Assembly: GCA_038087875.1 (NCBI GenBank)
Contig: JAXLNO010000600.1
Span: 609,416 to 629,415, forward strand
Direction of reading: 5' to 3'
Origin: Malacoraja senta
Lineage: Eukaryota
Length of the DNA: 20,000 nucleotides
The notes under the pieces are model-generated. The model did not search any database. It was not told the origin of the DNA and saw only the letters and a list, made by a program, of their open reading frames with translations. The position numbers and the translations under genes were made by a program. Shown here one piece after another: positions 10,732 through 19,432 of this stretch (the stretch's first letter is position 1; every line of letters begins with the position of its first letter).

Positions 10732-12053
10732 ATGCATTAGTGATCATTTTTCAAAACTTTATATTCTGGAGTAGTTCCTGAGGATTGGAGGGTAGCTAAT
10801 GTAACCCCACTTTTTAAAAAGGGATGGAGAGAGAAAACGGGAATTACAGACCGGTTAGTCTAACATCGGTAGTGGGGAAACTGCTAGGGTCAGTTATTAA
10901 AGATGGGATAGCAGCACATTTGGAAAATGGTGAAATAATTGGACAAAGTCAGCATGGATTTATGAAAGGTTAATCATGTCTGACGAATCTTATAGATTTT
11001 TTCGAGGATGTAACTAGTAGAGTGGATAAGGGAGAACCAGTGGATGTGTTATATCTGGACTTTCAGAAGGCTTTCGACAAGGTCCCACATAAGAGATTAA
11101 TATACAAACTTAAAGCACACGGTATTGGGGGTTCAGTATTGATGTGGATAGAGAACTGGCTGGCAGACAGGAAGCAAAGAGTAGGAGTAAACGGGTCCTT
11201 TTCAGAATGGCAGGCAGTGACTAGTGGGGTACCGCAAGGCTCAGTGCTGGGACCCCAGCTATTTACAATATATATTAATGATTTGGACGAGGGAATTGAA
11301 TGCAACATCTTCAAGTTGGCGGATGACACGAAGCTGGGGGGAAGTGTTAGCTGTGAGGAGGGTGCTAGGAGGCTGCAAGATGACTTGGATAGGCTGGGTG
11401 AGTGGCAAATGCATGGCAGATGCAGTATAATGTGGATAAATGTGAGGTTATCCACTTTGGTGGCAAAAAACAGGAAAGTAGACTATTACCTGAATGGTGG
11501 CCGATTAGGAAAAGGGGAGATGCAAGGAGACCTGGGTGTCATGGTACACCAGTCATTGAAAGTAGGCATGCAGGTGCAGCAGGCAGTGAAGAAAGCGAAT
11601 GGTATGTTAGCATTCATAGCAAAAGGATTTGAGTATAGGAGCAGGGAGGTTCTACTGCAGTTGTACAGGGTCTTGATGAGACCACACCTGGAGTATTGTG
11701 TACAGTTTTGGTCTCCTGATCTGAGGAAGGACATTCTTGCCATAGAAGGAGTACAGAGAAGGTTCACCAGACTGATTCCTGGGATGTCAGGGCTTTCATA
11801 TGAAGAAAGACTGGATAGACTCGGCTTGTACTCGCTAGAATTTAGAAGATTGAGGGGAGATCTTATAGAAACTTACAAAATTCTTAAGGGGTTGGACAGG
11901 CTAGGTGCAGGAAGATTGTTCCCGATGTTGTGGAAGTCCAGAACAAGGGGTCACAGTTTAAGGATAAAGGGGAAATCTTTTAGGACTGAGATGAGAACAA
12001 TATTTTTTACACAGATTGAATCTCTGGAATTCTCTGCCACAGAATTTAGTTGA
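10732..12053 (+). pseudogene. CR1 ORF2 reverse transcriptase region, disrupted
   Basis: Contains VPEDWRVANVTPLFKKG, LDFQKAFDKVPH, GVPQGSVLGP, ADDTKL, RPHLEYCVQFWSP and LRGDLIETYKI, with frameshifts and a stop upstream of 11022. Confidence 0.92.
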
Positions 12054-12230
12054 GGCCAGTTCATTGGCTATATTTAAGAGGGAGTTAGATGTGGCCCTTG
12101 TGGCTAAAGGGATCAGGGGGTATGGAGAGAAAGCAGGTACAGGATACTGAGTTGGATGATCATATTGAATGGCGGTGCAGGCTCGAAGGGCCGAATGGCC
12201 AACTCCTGCACCTATTTTCTATGTTTCTAT

Positions 12231-12989
12231 TACTCAGACCTCACGTCAAAAACCTTGGTGTGATATTTGACTCAGCATTGAAATTTGACAAACAAGTCAT
12301 TGCCGTGGTAAAATCTAGCTTCGGATGATAGCTAAAATAAAACAATTCCTCCAGTTTGACGACCTCGAAAAGATCATCCACACATTTATCTCCTCCTGCC
12401 TCGATTACTGCAACTCCCTTTACACTGGCATCAGCCAATCTTCCCTCACCCACCTGCAACTGGTCCAAAACACCGCAGCGAGACTCCTGACGGGCACCCG
12501 AAAAAGGGCCACATCACCCGATCCTGGCCTCTCTCCACTGGCTCCCTGTGCGGTTCCCAAATAAATTTCAAGATCCTTTTTTATGTTTACAAAGCCCTTA
12601 ACGGGCTTGCCCCCACCTACATCAAAAGTCTGCTTACCCACCACACCACCTCCAGGTCCCTCAGATCGGCCGACTTGGGGTTACTGACCATCCCGCGGTC
12701 TACGCATAAGCTCGGGGGTGACCGCGCCTTTGCGGTTGCAGCTCCTAGACTGTGGAACAGCATCCCTCTTCCCATCGGAACTGCCCCCTCCATCGACTCC
12801 TTTAAGTCGAGACTTAAAACTCATCTTTACTCTCAAGCCTTTCTTGACGTCCTCTGAGGGAGGGCTATATGTATGTACTTAATCTATGAACCACTGTTGT
12901 ATAACGTTAGTACCTCCACCAATGTAAAGCACTTTGGTCAACGAGAGTTGTTTTTTAAATGTGCTATAGAAATAAAAGTGACTTGACTA
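12231..12989 (+). mobile_element. L2 LINE copy 2, right part (ORF2 C-terminus, 3' UTR, tail)
   Basis: Reads VKNLGVIFDSALKF, FISSCLDYCNSLY, LQLVQNTAARLL and GDRAFAVAAPRLWN. It ends ...aaataaaagtgacttgact and is frameshifted. Confidence 0.92.
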
Positions 12990-13356
12990 AAATGTAACAC
13001 TGAAACTCGCAATACACTGAATTCCAATGGAATTTCTCATACATTTTGAATAAATCTAAAAATACAAAGAAAACACAAACAACAAACTTTGTAAAAGAAC
13101 ATTCTTTTTTAATTTTCCGATTATTCTAAACAATAAAATGTTAGCAAAGATTATAACAATAAAACAAGCAATGCAATGCTTTTAAAAGGATATTTGCTTT
13201 TAATACATTTACATTAATCAAACAAACGGAGGCAAGATAAGCACTGCATTTAGAACAGACATTTGCAGAAAATGTCATTTTAACTTAAAGAGGAAGAGAA
13301 ATTCAATAATTGCGCTTCACTTCGAATTAAACAATATCTGCAGGATTTGAATGTAC

Positions 13357-13466
13357 CTGAGGAATGAATGTTCTTGTCTGCAGTGGGCTCTCCTCCTGGA
13401 GTGGTGGACCTCAGTTTGTGATGTATGATGTTTGCTGCTGTTCTTCAAATCATTTCGTTCTGCCAT
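13357..13466 (-). CDS. Candidate first coding exon of an unidentified host gene (MAERNDLKNSSKHHTSQTEVHHSRRRAHCRQEHSFL)
   Basis: GCCATGG Kozak context, 36 open codons plus 2 nt, and a CAG|GTACAT donor, in sequence I cannot assign to a repeat. An X-box lies 75 bp upstream. No homology recognised. Confidence 0.35.
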
Positions 13467-13540
13467 GGCACACTGCCAAGTTTGGAGTTGTGGTAAGAGC
13501 AGAGATGGTCTCTCTACTCTTTGGCACTCTTTCTCCCGGT

Positions 13541-13655
13541 GTTACCTGGCAATTGCTGCAGTGACACCATAGGTGCAGAGCAGGCACGTGCCGTGAGTAA
13601 TTACTCGGTAGGCAGTCAGTCGGCTTTAAAAAAAATCTTTAACCCGCGCATGCGC
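13541..13655. promoter_or_regulatory. RFX X-box-like site (13541-13553), CACGTG E-box (13585-13590), NRF1 palindrome (13646-13655)
   Basis: GTTACCTGGCAAT matches GTNRCC-N-RGYAAC with one mismatch. GCGCATGCGC is an exact NRF1 motif. Confidence 0.4.
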
Positions 13656-13864
13656 AGATTGTTCTCCGTAAAAATAAAAAATAAAAATAAGTAACAATTC
13701 AATTTGCCCAAGACTTCCAAATCTTCTTCATTTTTTAATTACTGAATGGGTGGAGGACGGAGGATGAAGGAAGGTGGAGAGATGGTGGGAAAAACGGGAA
13801 CACACCGGGACGTTGAATCAGTTGTCATCTTATTGAATGACAATACTAATTCAAGGGACCAATT

Positions 13865-14508
13865 GGAGGGAGAGTTCCTTTTACAGCGTGTGGAGAGTCT
13901 GTGCCAGGGGTTAAAGATGCGGGGAGGGCAGGAGTGTTGAGAAGGAGGGGGTCGGAGATCATGTCAGTAACTCACTCACCGCTGCCGCGGCGCTCCGGGC
14001 ACGGACAGCAGAACTGGCTGCCACTTCTGGGGAAGGAAGCAGCTCGAGTGACTACGAGTGGCCGCCGGGACCCGACAGCAGAACCGGCTGCCACTTCAGC
14101 GCCTTCTGCCGGCCCGCTCTGGCAGTGCTCTCCGTCTCAACACCTCTCTCCTGCCACTCGCCAGCTTCGCTCATGTCAGCCGCTTCACGCAAATCCTTAA
14201 ATTCCCACAGCCAAGTAACCTCAACTGGTCCCTTGAGCGCGCTGTCGGAATTTAAGGATTTGTGGGAAGCGGCTGACATGAGTGAGGCCGGCGAGCGGCA
14301 GGAGAGAGGTGTTCAGATGGAGAACACTGCCAGAGGTGAGCGGGGACCGGCAGAAGGGGCTGAAGTGGCAGCCGGTTCTGCTGTCTTGTCCCGGCGGCCA
14401 CTCGCAGCCACCCGAGCAAGTGGGTTACTCCCTCCTTCACAACGCTCCTGCCCTCCCCGCAACTTTACCCGGGCCAGACTCCCCAAACACTATGAAAGGA
14501 GCTCCCCC
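13865..14508. mobile_element. Long imperfect inverted-repeat (foldback or MITE-like) element
   Basis: Inner arms at 14042-14211 and 14241-14417 flank a 29-nt loop. Outer arms are at 13865-13950 and 14430-14508. Mirror-image ORFs on the two strands reflect this symmetry. Confidence 0.75.
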
Positions 14509-14619
14509 CACCCGGGAAATACAGTATTTAAAAACATAAAGCACCAAGAGATGTACTTACCACGTTATTGGTACATGAAATCCATTCTTCACTCTTTGTT
14601 TCCTAAGATACTCTTAAAA

Positions 14620-15337
14620 TAATGGCAATCGGTGGGTGGGTCGGTGGGGCGCTGCAAGCCCTGTCAGCAGCGTGTTAGTCTTTTCAACTTTTTTTAATTC
14701 TTTTAGTGTGTTTAAATGTATGTTTTTAATGTTTCTTTGTGTGTCTTGTGTGGGGGGGTAAGGGGGAAACTGCTTCGGTCGCCTCCTCCATGGAGAGGCG
14801 ACTTTTTCCATGTCACCTCCCCCGTGGCCTAACATCGAGGATCGGCGCGGCCTTTCCCTGAGAAGCGCCGGGGGCTTCAGCGGCGGGCGCAGCACGGACT
14901 CTCGGCGTAGAGCGGGCGAGCCCCCACGGGGTTCGCCGGAGGGGAGCGCTCCGTTCGCTGGCCCGCGGCAGCCTGAACCCGGGGTCTGCAGAGCTCCAGC
15001 TGCCGGCGTCCGCAGCCTGGGATCCCTCGTTGGGGACCCGGGAGAAGAAGAAGCTCCGACCGCCGGCCCCCGGGCGCGGCGTGGACTTACCATCAGGAAC
15101 GGGGTCCCTCGCCGGGGATCCCTGGAGGAGAGCGACCGCCGGCCCTGCGGTCTGCGGCGGCGCGGCAGGGACTTTAAATCTTCGACCTGCGGCCTACACC
15201 AACTTGAAGCCGCGGTCTCCGGTGGGGAAGAGCCGATTCTGGACTTACCTGGACTTTTACCTGTCTACATCTGGACGCCCGCAGCGGCGACTGCGGAGGG
15301 TTGAGGTCCCGACCACGGGGGAAAATGGAGGAGGACT
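14620..15337. repeat. Unclassified GC/CpG-rich interspersed-repeat-like segment
   Basis: Abrupt composition change with a T-rich leader, a palindrome at 14778-14802, and Pro/Arg/Gly-rich spurious ORFs on both strands. Family not identifiable. Confidence 0.45.
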
Positions 15338-15383
15338 ATATACAAACACACATACGTACACACAAAAAGCAACCAATAATAGT

Positions 15384-15850
15384 GTCAAGTCAAGTCAAGA
15401 GAGTTTATTGTCATGTGTCCCAGATAGGACAATGAAATTCTTGCTTGCTGCAGCACAACAGAATATTGTAAGCATAAATACAGAACAGTTCAGTGTGTCC
15501 ATATATCATAGAATATATATATATATATATACACATAAATATACAGATAAAGTGCAATAGGCTGTTATAGTTCAGAGTTTGTTTGATGTCGTGTTTAATA
15601 GTCTGATGGCTGTGGCTGTTGCAGATTTCAGGCTCCTGTACCTTCTACCTGATGGCAGCGGGAGAGATGAGTGTGTGGCCAGGATGGTGTGGGTCCTTGA
15701 TGATGCTGGCAGCCTTTTTGAGGCAGCGACTGCGATAGATCCCCTCGATGGTGGGGAGGTCAGAGCCGATGATGGACTGGGCAGTGTTTACAACTTTTTG
15801 TAGTCTTTTCCGCTCCTGGACGCTCAAGTTGCTCAACTTGAGCGTCCAGT
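15384..15850 (-). mobile_element. Rex1/Babar-type LINE 3' fragment
   Basis: Reads ERKRLQKVVNTAQSIIGSDLP..IYRSRCLKKAASIIKDPHHPGH, then PSGRRY in another frame. The 3' end is cacatgacaataaac followed by (GACTT)n, with a (TA)n run at ~15513-15531. Confidence 0.8.
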
Positions 15851-15914
15851 GTAAGAATGCCCATAATAGTCTGTGTAGTGGACTAAAACCTAGTCTCTTG
15901 CCCGCAGTCCTGAA

Positions 15915-15966
15915 ATAGACAACATTGTCCGCCCTCCAGTCTTCTGGCACCTCTCCCGTGTCCAAT
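15915..15966 (-). mobile_element. Short CR1 ORF2 remnant
   Basis: Reads DTGEVPEDWRADNVV, compared with VPEDWRVANV in the large CR1. Confidence 0.5.
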
Positions 15967-15993
15967 CATTGATGTGTCTAGGAATAAATATCA

Positions 15994-16072
15994 CTGCTGG
16001 AGGAACTCAGCGGGCCAGGCAGCATCTGTGGAGGGAATGGTGACGTTTCTGGTCGGGACTCTTCTTCAGACC
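15994..16072 (-). repeat. Short abundant repeat (Penelope-like terminus) with degenerate minimal hammerhead core
   Basis: gctggag.aactcagcggg.caggcagcatct...gtgacgtttc...cttcttcag. The same family occurs at 16860-17015, 19408-19435 and 19858-19989. Confidence 0.6.
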
Positions 16073-16087
16073 GATGGGTACTGTATA

Positions 16088-16144
16088 TGGCGCAGCGGTA
16101 GAGTTGCTGCCTTACCGCGCCTGAGATCTGGGTTCGATCCTGAT
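16088..16144 (+). mobile_element. tRNA-derived SINE head fragment
   Basis: A box TGGCGCAGCGG and B box GGTTCGATCC; homologous to the SINE starting at 17660. Confidence 0.75.
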
Positions 16145-16447
16145 CCCATCTCCTCCCCTCCTCCCCTCCCCTCCCCTCTCCTCCCTTCCCTCCCCTTCCC
16201 TCCTTTCACCTCTCCTCCCCACCCCTCTCATCCCCTCCCCTATACTCTCTTCCCCGCCCCTCTCATCCCCTCCCCTCCCCTCTCCTCTCCCCTCCCCTCC
16301 TCCCCTCCCCTCTCATCCCCTCTCCTCCCTCCCTACCCCTCCCCTCCCCTCCCCTCCCCTCTCCCCTCTCATCCCCTCCCCTCTCATCCCCTCTCCTCCC
16401 CTCCCCTACCCCTCCCCTCTCCTCCCCTCCCCTCTCCCCTCTCCCCG
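16145..16447 (+). repeat. Polypyrimidine (CCCCT/CTCC)n low-complexity tract
   Basis: About 300 bp of almost pure C/T; it produces the spurious Pro/Ser/Leu ORF 15974..16492. Confidence 0.95.
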
Positions 16448-16524
16448 GCCAGTAAAGCGCTTACACAGCACCAGCGGCCGCTCCACATTTAGCGGTGGGA
16501 CCCGTGGGACTGCCCCGGGCGTCT

Positions 16525-16772
16525 CTATATAAGGTCGGGCAGACGGGGCATCTTCTCCCGCCGGGGACCGGGACCCGCTTCAGCTGCTGCTTCAGCTCGC
16601 CAGGAATGTGTATCCCCCCCACAACCCCACCCCTCCCCTCCCTCTCTCACCCCCGGGGGAGCTGCGTTATATAGCCGCCTGTCCCGTCCCGTCCCAGCCC
16701 ACTCTCCATCCAAGGCGAGGAGCCTGTGGTTCTCCAGTCCCGACAGAAGCCAGCGTTACCCTCAGGGTAAGT
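16525..16772 (+). promoter_or_regulatory. Candidate Pol II promoter with short non-coding exon 1 (~16701-16766)
   Basis: CArG/TATA-like CTATATAAGG at 16525, CAGCTG at 16581, M-CAT AGGAATG at 16602, CCACCC at 16627, TATATAG at 16668, Inr-like CCACTCT around 16701, and donor AGG|GTAAGT at 16767. Confidence 0.55.
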
Positions 16773-16859
16773 AACCTCCCACCTCCTCCTTCCCCCAACC
16801 CCAGGGGCTAGTAGGAACAGACCCCTTCGGCCCCACCAGCCCAACCTGACCAGGATGTA

Positions 16860-17015
16860 GACACAAAAAGCTGAGTAACTCAGCGGGTCAGGCAACGTCT
16901 GTGGAGAACATGGATAGGTGATGTTTCACAGAGTGCTGGAGTAACTCAGCGGGTCAGGCAGCATCTGTGGAGAACATGGATAGGTGACGTTTCGGGTCCA
17001 GACACTTCTTCAGAT
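16860..17015 (-). repeat. Two tandem units of the Penelope-like short repeat; the second has a hammerhead-like core
   Basis: gagtaactcagcgggtcaggca..tctgtggagaacatggataggtga occurs twice. The minus strand at 17013-16986 reads CTGAAGA-A-GTGTCTGGACCC-GAAACGTC. Confidence 0.65.
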
Positions 17016-17019
17016 GCCA

Positions 17020-17295
17020 GGACTAGAGGGTGTGAGCTATAGATGAGGGTGTGAGGAATAGATAGAGGGTGTGAGGAATAGATCGGGTGGTTGCACAGAG
17101 ACTCTTGCCAGAGTAGGGGAATCGAGGACCAGAGGACATAGGTTTAAGATGAAGGGGAAAAGATTTAATAGGAATCCGAGGGGTAACTTTTTCACACAAA
17201 GGGTGGTGGGTGTATGGAACGAGCTGCCAGAGGAGGTAGTTGTGACTGGGACTGTCCCAACATTTAAGAAACAGTTAGACAGGTACATGGATAGT
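17020..17295 (+). mobile_element. CR1 3' fragment
   Basis: Reads ESRTRGHRFKMKGKRF...FFTQRVVGVWNELPEEVV...FKKQLDRYM. Confidence 0.85.
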
Positions 17296-17334
17296 TTGTT
17301 TAAGAAAGAACTGCAGATGCCATATCCCTCTAAC

Positions 17335-17405
17335 CACCCGCGAACATGTAGCGACCGCATAGTCTCCTGCAGTCGTCTGGAAAGTCGCCGAAGTGGGACA
17401 GGCCC
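17335..17405. mobile_element. Possible PIF/Harbinger-type MITE end
   Basis: Ends ...gtcgccgaagtgggacaggccc followed by atta, resembling a GGGCCTGTCCCACT-type TIR next to a TTA target. Only one end is seen. Confidence 0.35.
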
Positions 17406-17659
17406 ATTAGTGTACGGGGTGATCTAAAGACTGTCTAGCAGGTTAACTGGCGTCTGAGTTGTTCTGTGGTCTTATATTTCACACATTCCCTGCATTGTCA
17501 CCCAGCGATTCCTGTCCACACCTCACATGTCACCAAGTTAAACTAATCTCTGCCTTGCACGTGATTTATCTCACTGAAAGCAGCCAACATAATCACACGC
17601 CGACTCACGCCCCAGTCATTCTCTCCCGTCCGGCAGAAGGTGCAGAAACCACCAGATTA

Positions 17660-17932
17660 GGGGCGGTCATGGTGGCGCAGCGGGTAGAGCTGCTGCCTCA
17701 CAGCGCCAGGGACCCGGGTTCCATCCTGACTACGGGTGCTGTCTGTGCGGAGTTTGTACGTTCTCCCCGTCACCTGGGTGGGTTTTCTACGGTTTTCCTC
17801 CCACACTCCAAACGCTTGCAGGTTTGTAGGTTAATTGGCTCTAGTATAAATGTAAATTGTCCCCTAGTGTATGTAGGATATTGTTAGCGTGCGGGGATCG
17901 CGGGTCACACTGTATATCTAAACTAAACTAAA
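17660..17932 (+). mobile_element. tRNA-derived V-SINE (HE1-like)
   Basis: A box TGGCGCAGCGG, B box GGTTCCATCC, V-domain ctgtgcggagtttgtacgttctcccc...ttcctcccacactccaaa, and a (CTAAA)n tail. Confidence 0.85.
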
Positions 17933-17968
17933 AAAAGACTCGGGTACAGCTTCTTCCCCTCTGCTATG

Positions 17969-18445
17969 AGACAATAGACAATAGGTGCAGGAGTAGGCCA
18001 TTCGGCCGTTCGAGCCAGCACCGCCATTCAATGTGATCATGGCTGATCATCCCCAATCAGTACCCCGTTCCTGCCTTCTCCCCATATCCCCTGACTCCGC
18101 TATCTTTAAGAGCCCTATCTAGCTCTCTCTTGAAAGCATCCAGAGAACCAGCCTCCACCGCCCTCCGAGGCAGAGATTCCACAGACTCACAACTCTCTGT
18201 GTGAAAAGTGTTTCCTCATCTCCGTTCTAAATGGCTTACTCCTTATTCTTAAACTGTGGCCCTGTTCTGGACTCTCCCAACATCGGGAACATGTTTTCCT
18301 GCCTCTAGCGTGTCCAAGCCCTTAATAATCTTATATGTTGCAATGAGATACCCTCTCATCCTTCTAAACTCCAGAGTGTACAAGCCCAGCTGCTCCATTC
18401 TCTCAGCAGATGACAGTCCCGCCATCCCGGGAATTAACCTTGTAA
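17969..18445 (-). mobile_element. CR1 3' fragment
   Basis: An (agacaat)n tail and ggccattcggcc stem-loop; reverse complement of the ORF2 end seen at 11780-12230. Confidence 0.88.
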
Positions 18446-18459
18446 CTGGTTGTAAGACG

Positions 18460-18940
18460 ACTGAACAAGCAGAGAGCGGTCCTGACCTCCCATCTACCTC
18501 ACTGGAGACCCTCGGACTATCTTTAATGAGACTTTACTGGACATTGCCTTGTGCTAAACGTTATTCCTTTATCCTGTATCTGTACACTGTGGACGGCTCG
18601 ATTGTAAACATGTATTATCTTTCGCTGACTGGTTAGCACGCAACAAAAGCTTTTCACTGTACCTCGGTACACGTGACAATAAACTAAACTACTGAATGGT
18701 CCTCCCATAAGCTAGGGTGTAGTCCCGATCTTCCATCCTACCTCCTTGCAGACCTTGCACTTTTTCTCCATGACAATCTAACTCTATATGGAACTGTAAC
18801 ACTACAGGGCTGTAACACTAGAGTCTGCACTTTTTCTCTCTACACAACCTGTAGTACTTGTGTTTAGCATGATAACGATCATTTATTGTGTGGTTTGACT
18901 GGACTGTTTTCACTGTACCTCGGTACACGTCACAATAATA
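18460..18940 (+). mobile_element. Two LINE 3' UTR fragments (Rex1/Babar-like)
   Basis: Both contain ccatc(c)tacctc...gcagacc/ggagacc and end ttttcactgtacctcggtacacgt.acaata (18651-18683 and 18907-18938), resembling the 15384 tail. Confidence 0.6.
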
Positions 18941-18986
18941 AGCCAACACCAATATATCACCAACTATACACATCCTTGCTTCGAAT

Positions 18987-19358
18987 GTTTAGTTTTAGTT
19001 TAGACAGAGCGGAAACAGGTGCTTCGGCCCACTGGGTCGGCGGGACCAGCGATCCCCGCACACTAACACTATCCTACACACACTAGGACAATTTTACATT
19101 TATACCGAAGCCAATTAACCTACAATCCCGCACGTCTTTGGAGCGTGGAGAAACCTAAGATCTTGGAGAAAACCCATGCAGACAATAGACAATAGACAAT
19201 AGGTGCAGGAGTAGGCCATTCGGCCGTTCGAGCCAGGCACCGCCATTCAATGTGATCATGGCTGATCATCCCCAATCAGTATCCCGTTCCTGCCTTCTCC
19301 CATATCCCCTGACTCCGCTATCTTTAAGAGAAAGGGTCACGGGGAGAACCTACAAACT
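18987..19358 (-). mobile_element. V-SINE (HE1-like), split by a CR1 tail at 19182-19329
   Basis: Reverse complement of 17750-17932. The sequence aaaacccatgcag stops at 19181 and ggtcacggggagaacctacaaact resumes at ~19335. Confidence 0.8.
19182..19329 (-). mobile_element. CR1 3' tail fragment
   Basis: Near-identical to 17969-18110. Confidence 0.88.
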
Positions 19359-19432
19359 TCGGCCCAAATGTCTGTGCCGAACATGATGCCAAGACCATAG
19401 ATAGGCACAGAGTGTGGGAGTAACTCAGCGGG

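Larger units (their letters stand above)
1315..12230 (+). mobile_element. Near full-length CR1-clade LINE (5' monomer repeats, ORF1, ORF2, 3' stem-loop and tail), host to the L1 and Gypsy insertions
   Basis: It starts exactly where the L2 frame breaks (1315) and ends with ggccgaatggcc...ttttctatgtttctat just before L2 resumes (12231). ORF1 has zinc finger and SGNH motifs; ORF2 has APE and RT motifs. Confidence 0.88.

Noticed and set aside
20..12989. Inverted L2 copies as terminal inverted repeats of a giant composite transposon
   Set aside because: They have different truncation points and 3' UTRs and no shared TSD, so independent insertions are the simpler explanation.
13581..13620. hAT-like terminal repeat (caggcacgtgccgtg)
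   Set aside because: I found no partner TIR or TSD in the window. If it is a transposon end, the E-box and NRF1 motifs would be repeat-derived.
13901..15560. Multiple 60-176 aa ORFs on both strands
   Set aside because: They result from GC richness and palindromic symmetry and contain no domains.
15974..16492. 172-aa proline-rich ORF
   Set aside because: It is a translation of the C/T low-complexity tract and repeat fragments.
16459..16673. Minus-strand promoter and exon (TATATAAC, uORF MPRLPDLI, donor TGT|GTAAGC at 16464)
   Set aside because: The donor is weaker than the plus-strand AGG|GTAAGT and I see no Inr at the expected spacing. It is kept only as a less likely alternative.
17430..17655. 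Unique-looking intronic stretch with CATTCC and CACGTG as an enhancer or exon
   Set aside because: Only isolated hexamers are present with no convincing splice pair, so the evidence is insufficient.
17660..17735. tRNA gene
   Set aside because: The A and B boxes continue into a V-domain and tail, so this is a SINE head.
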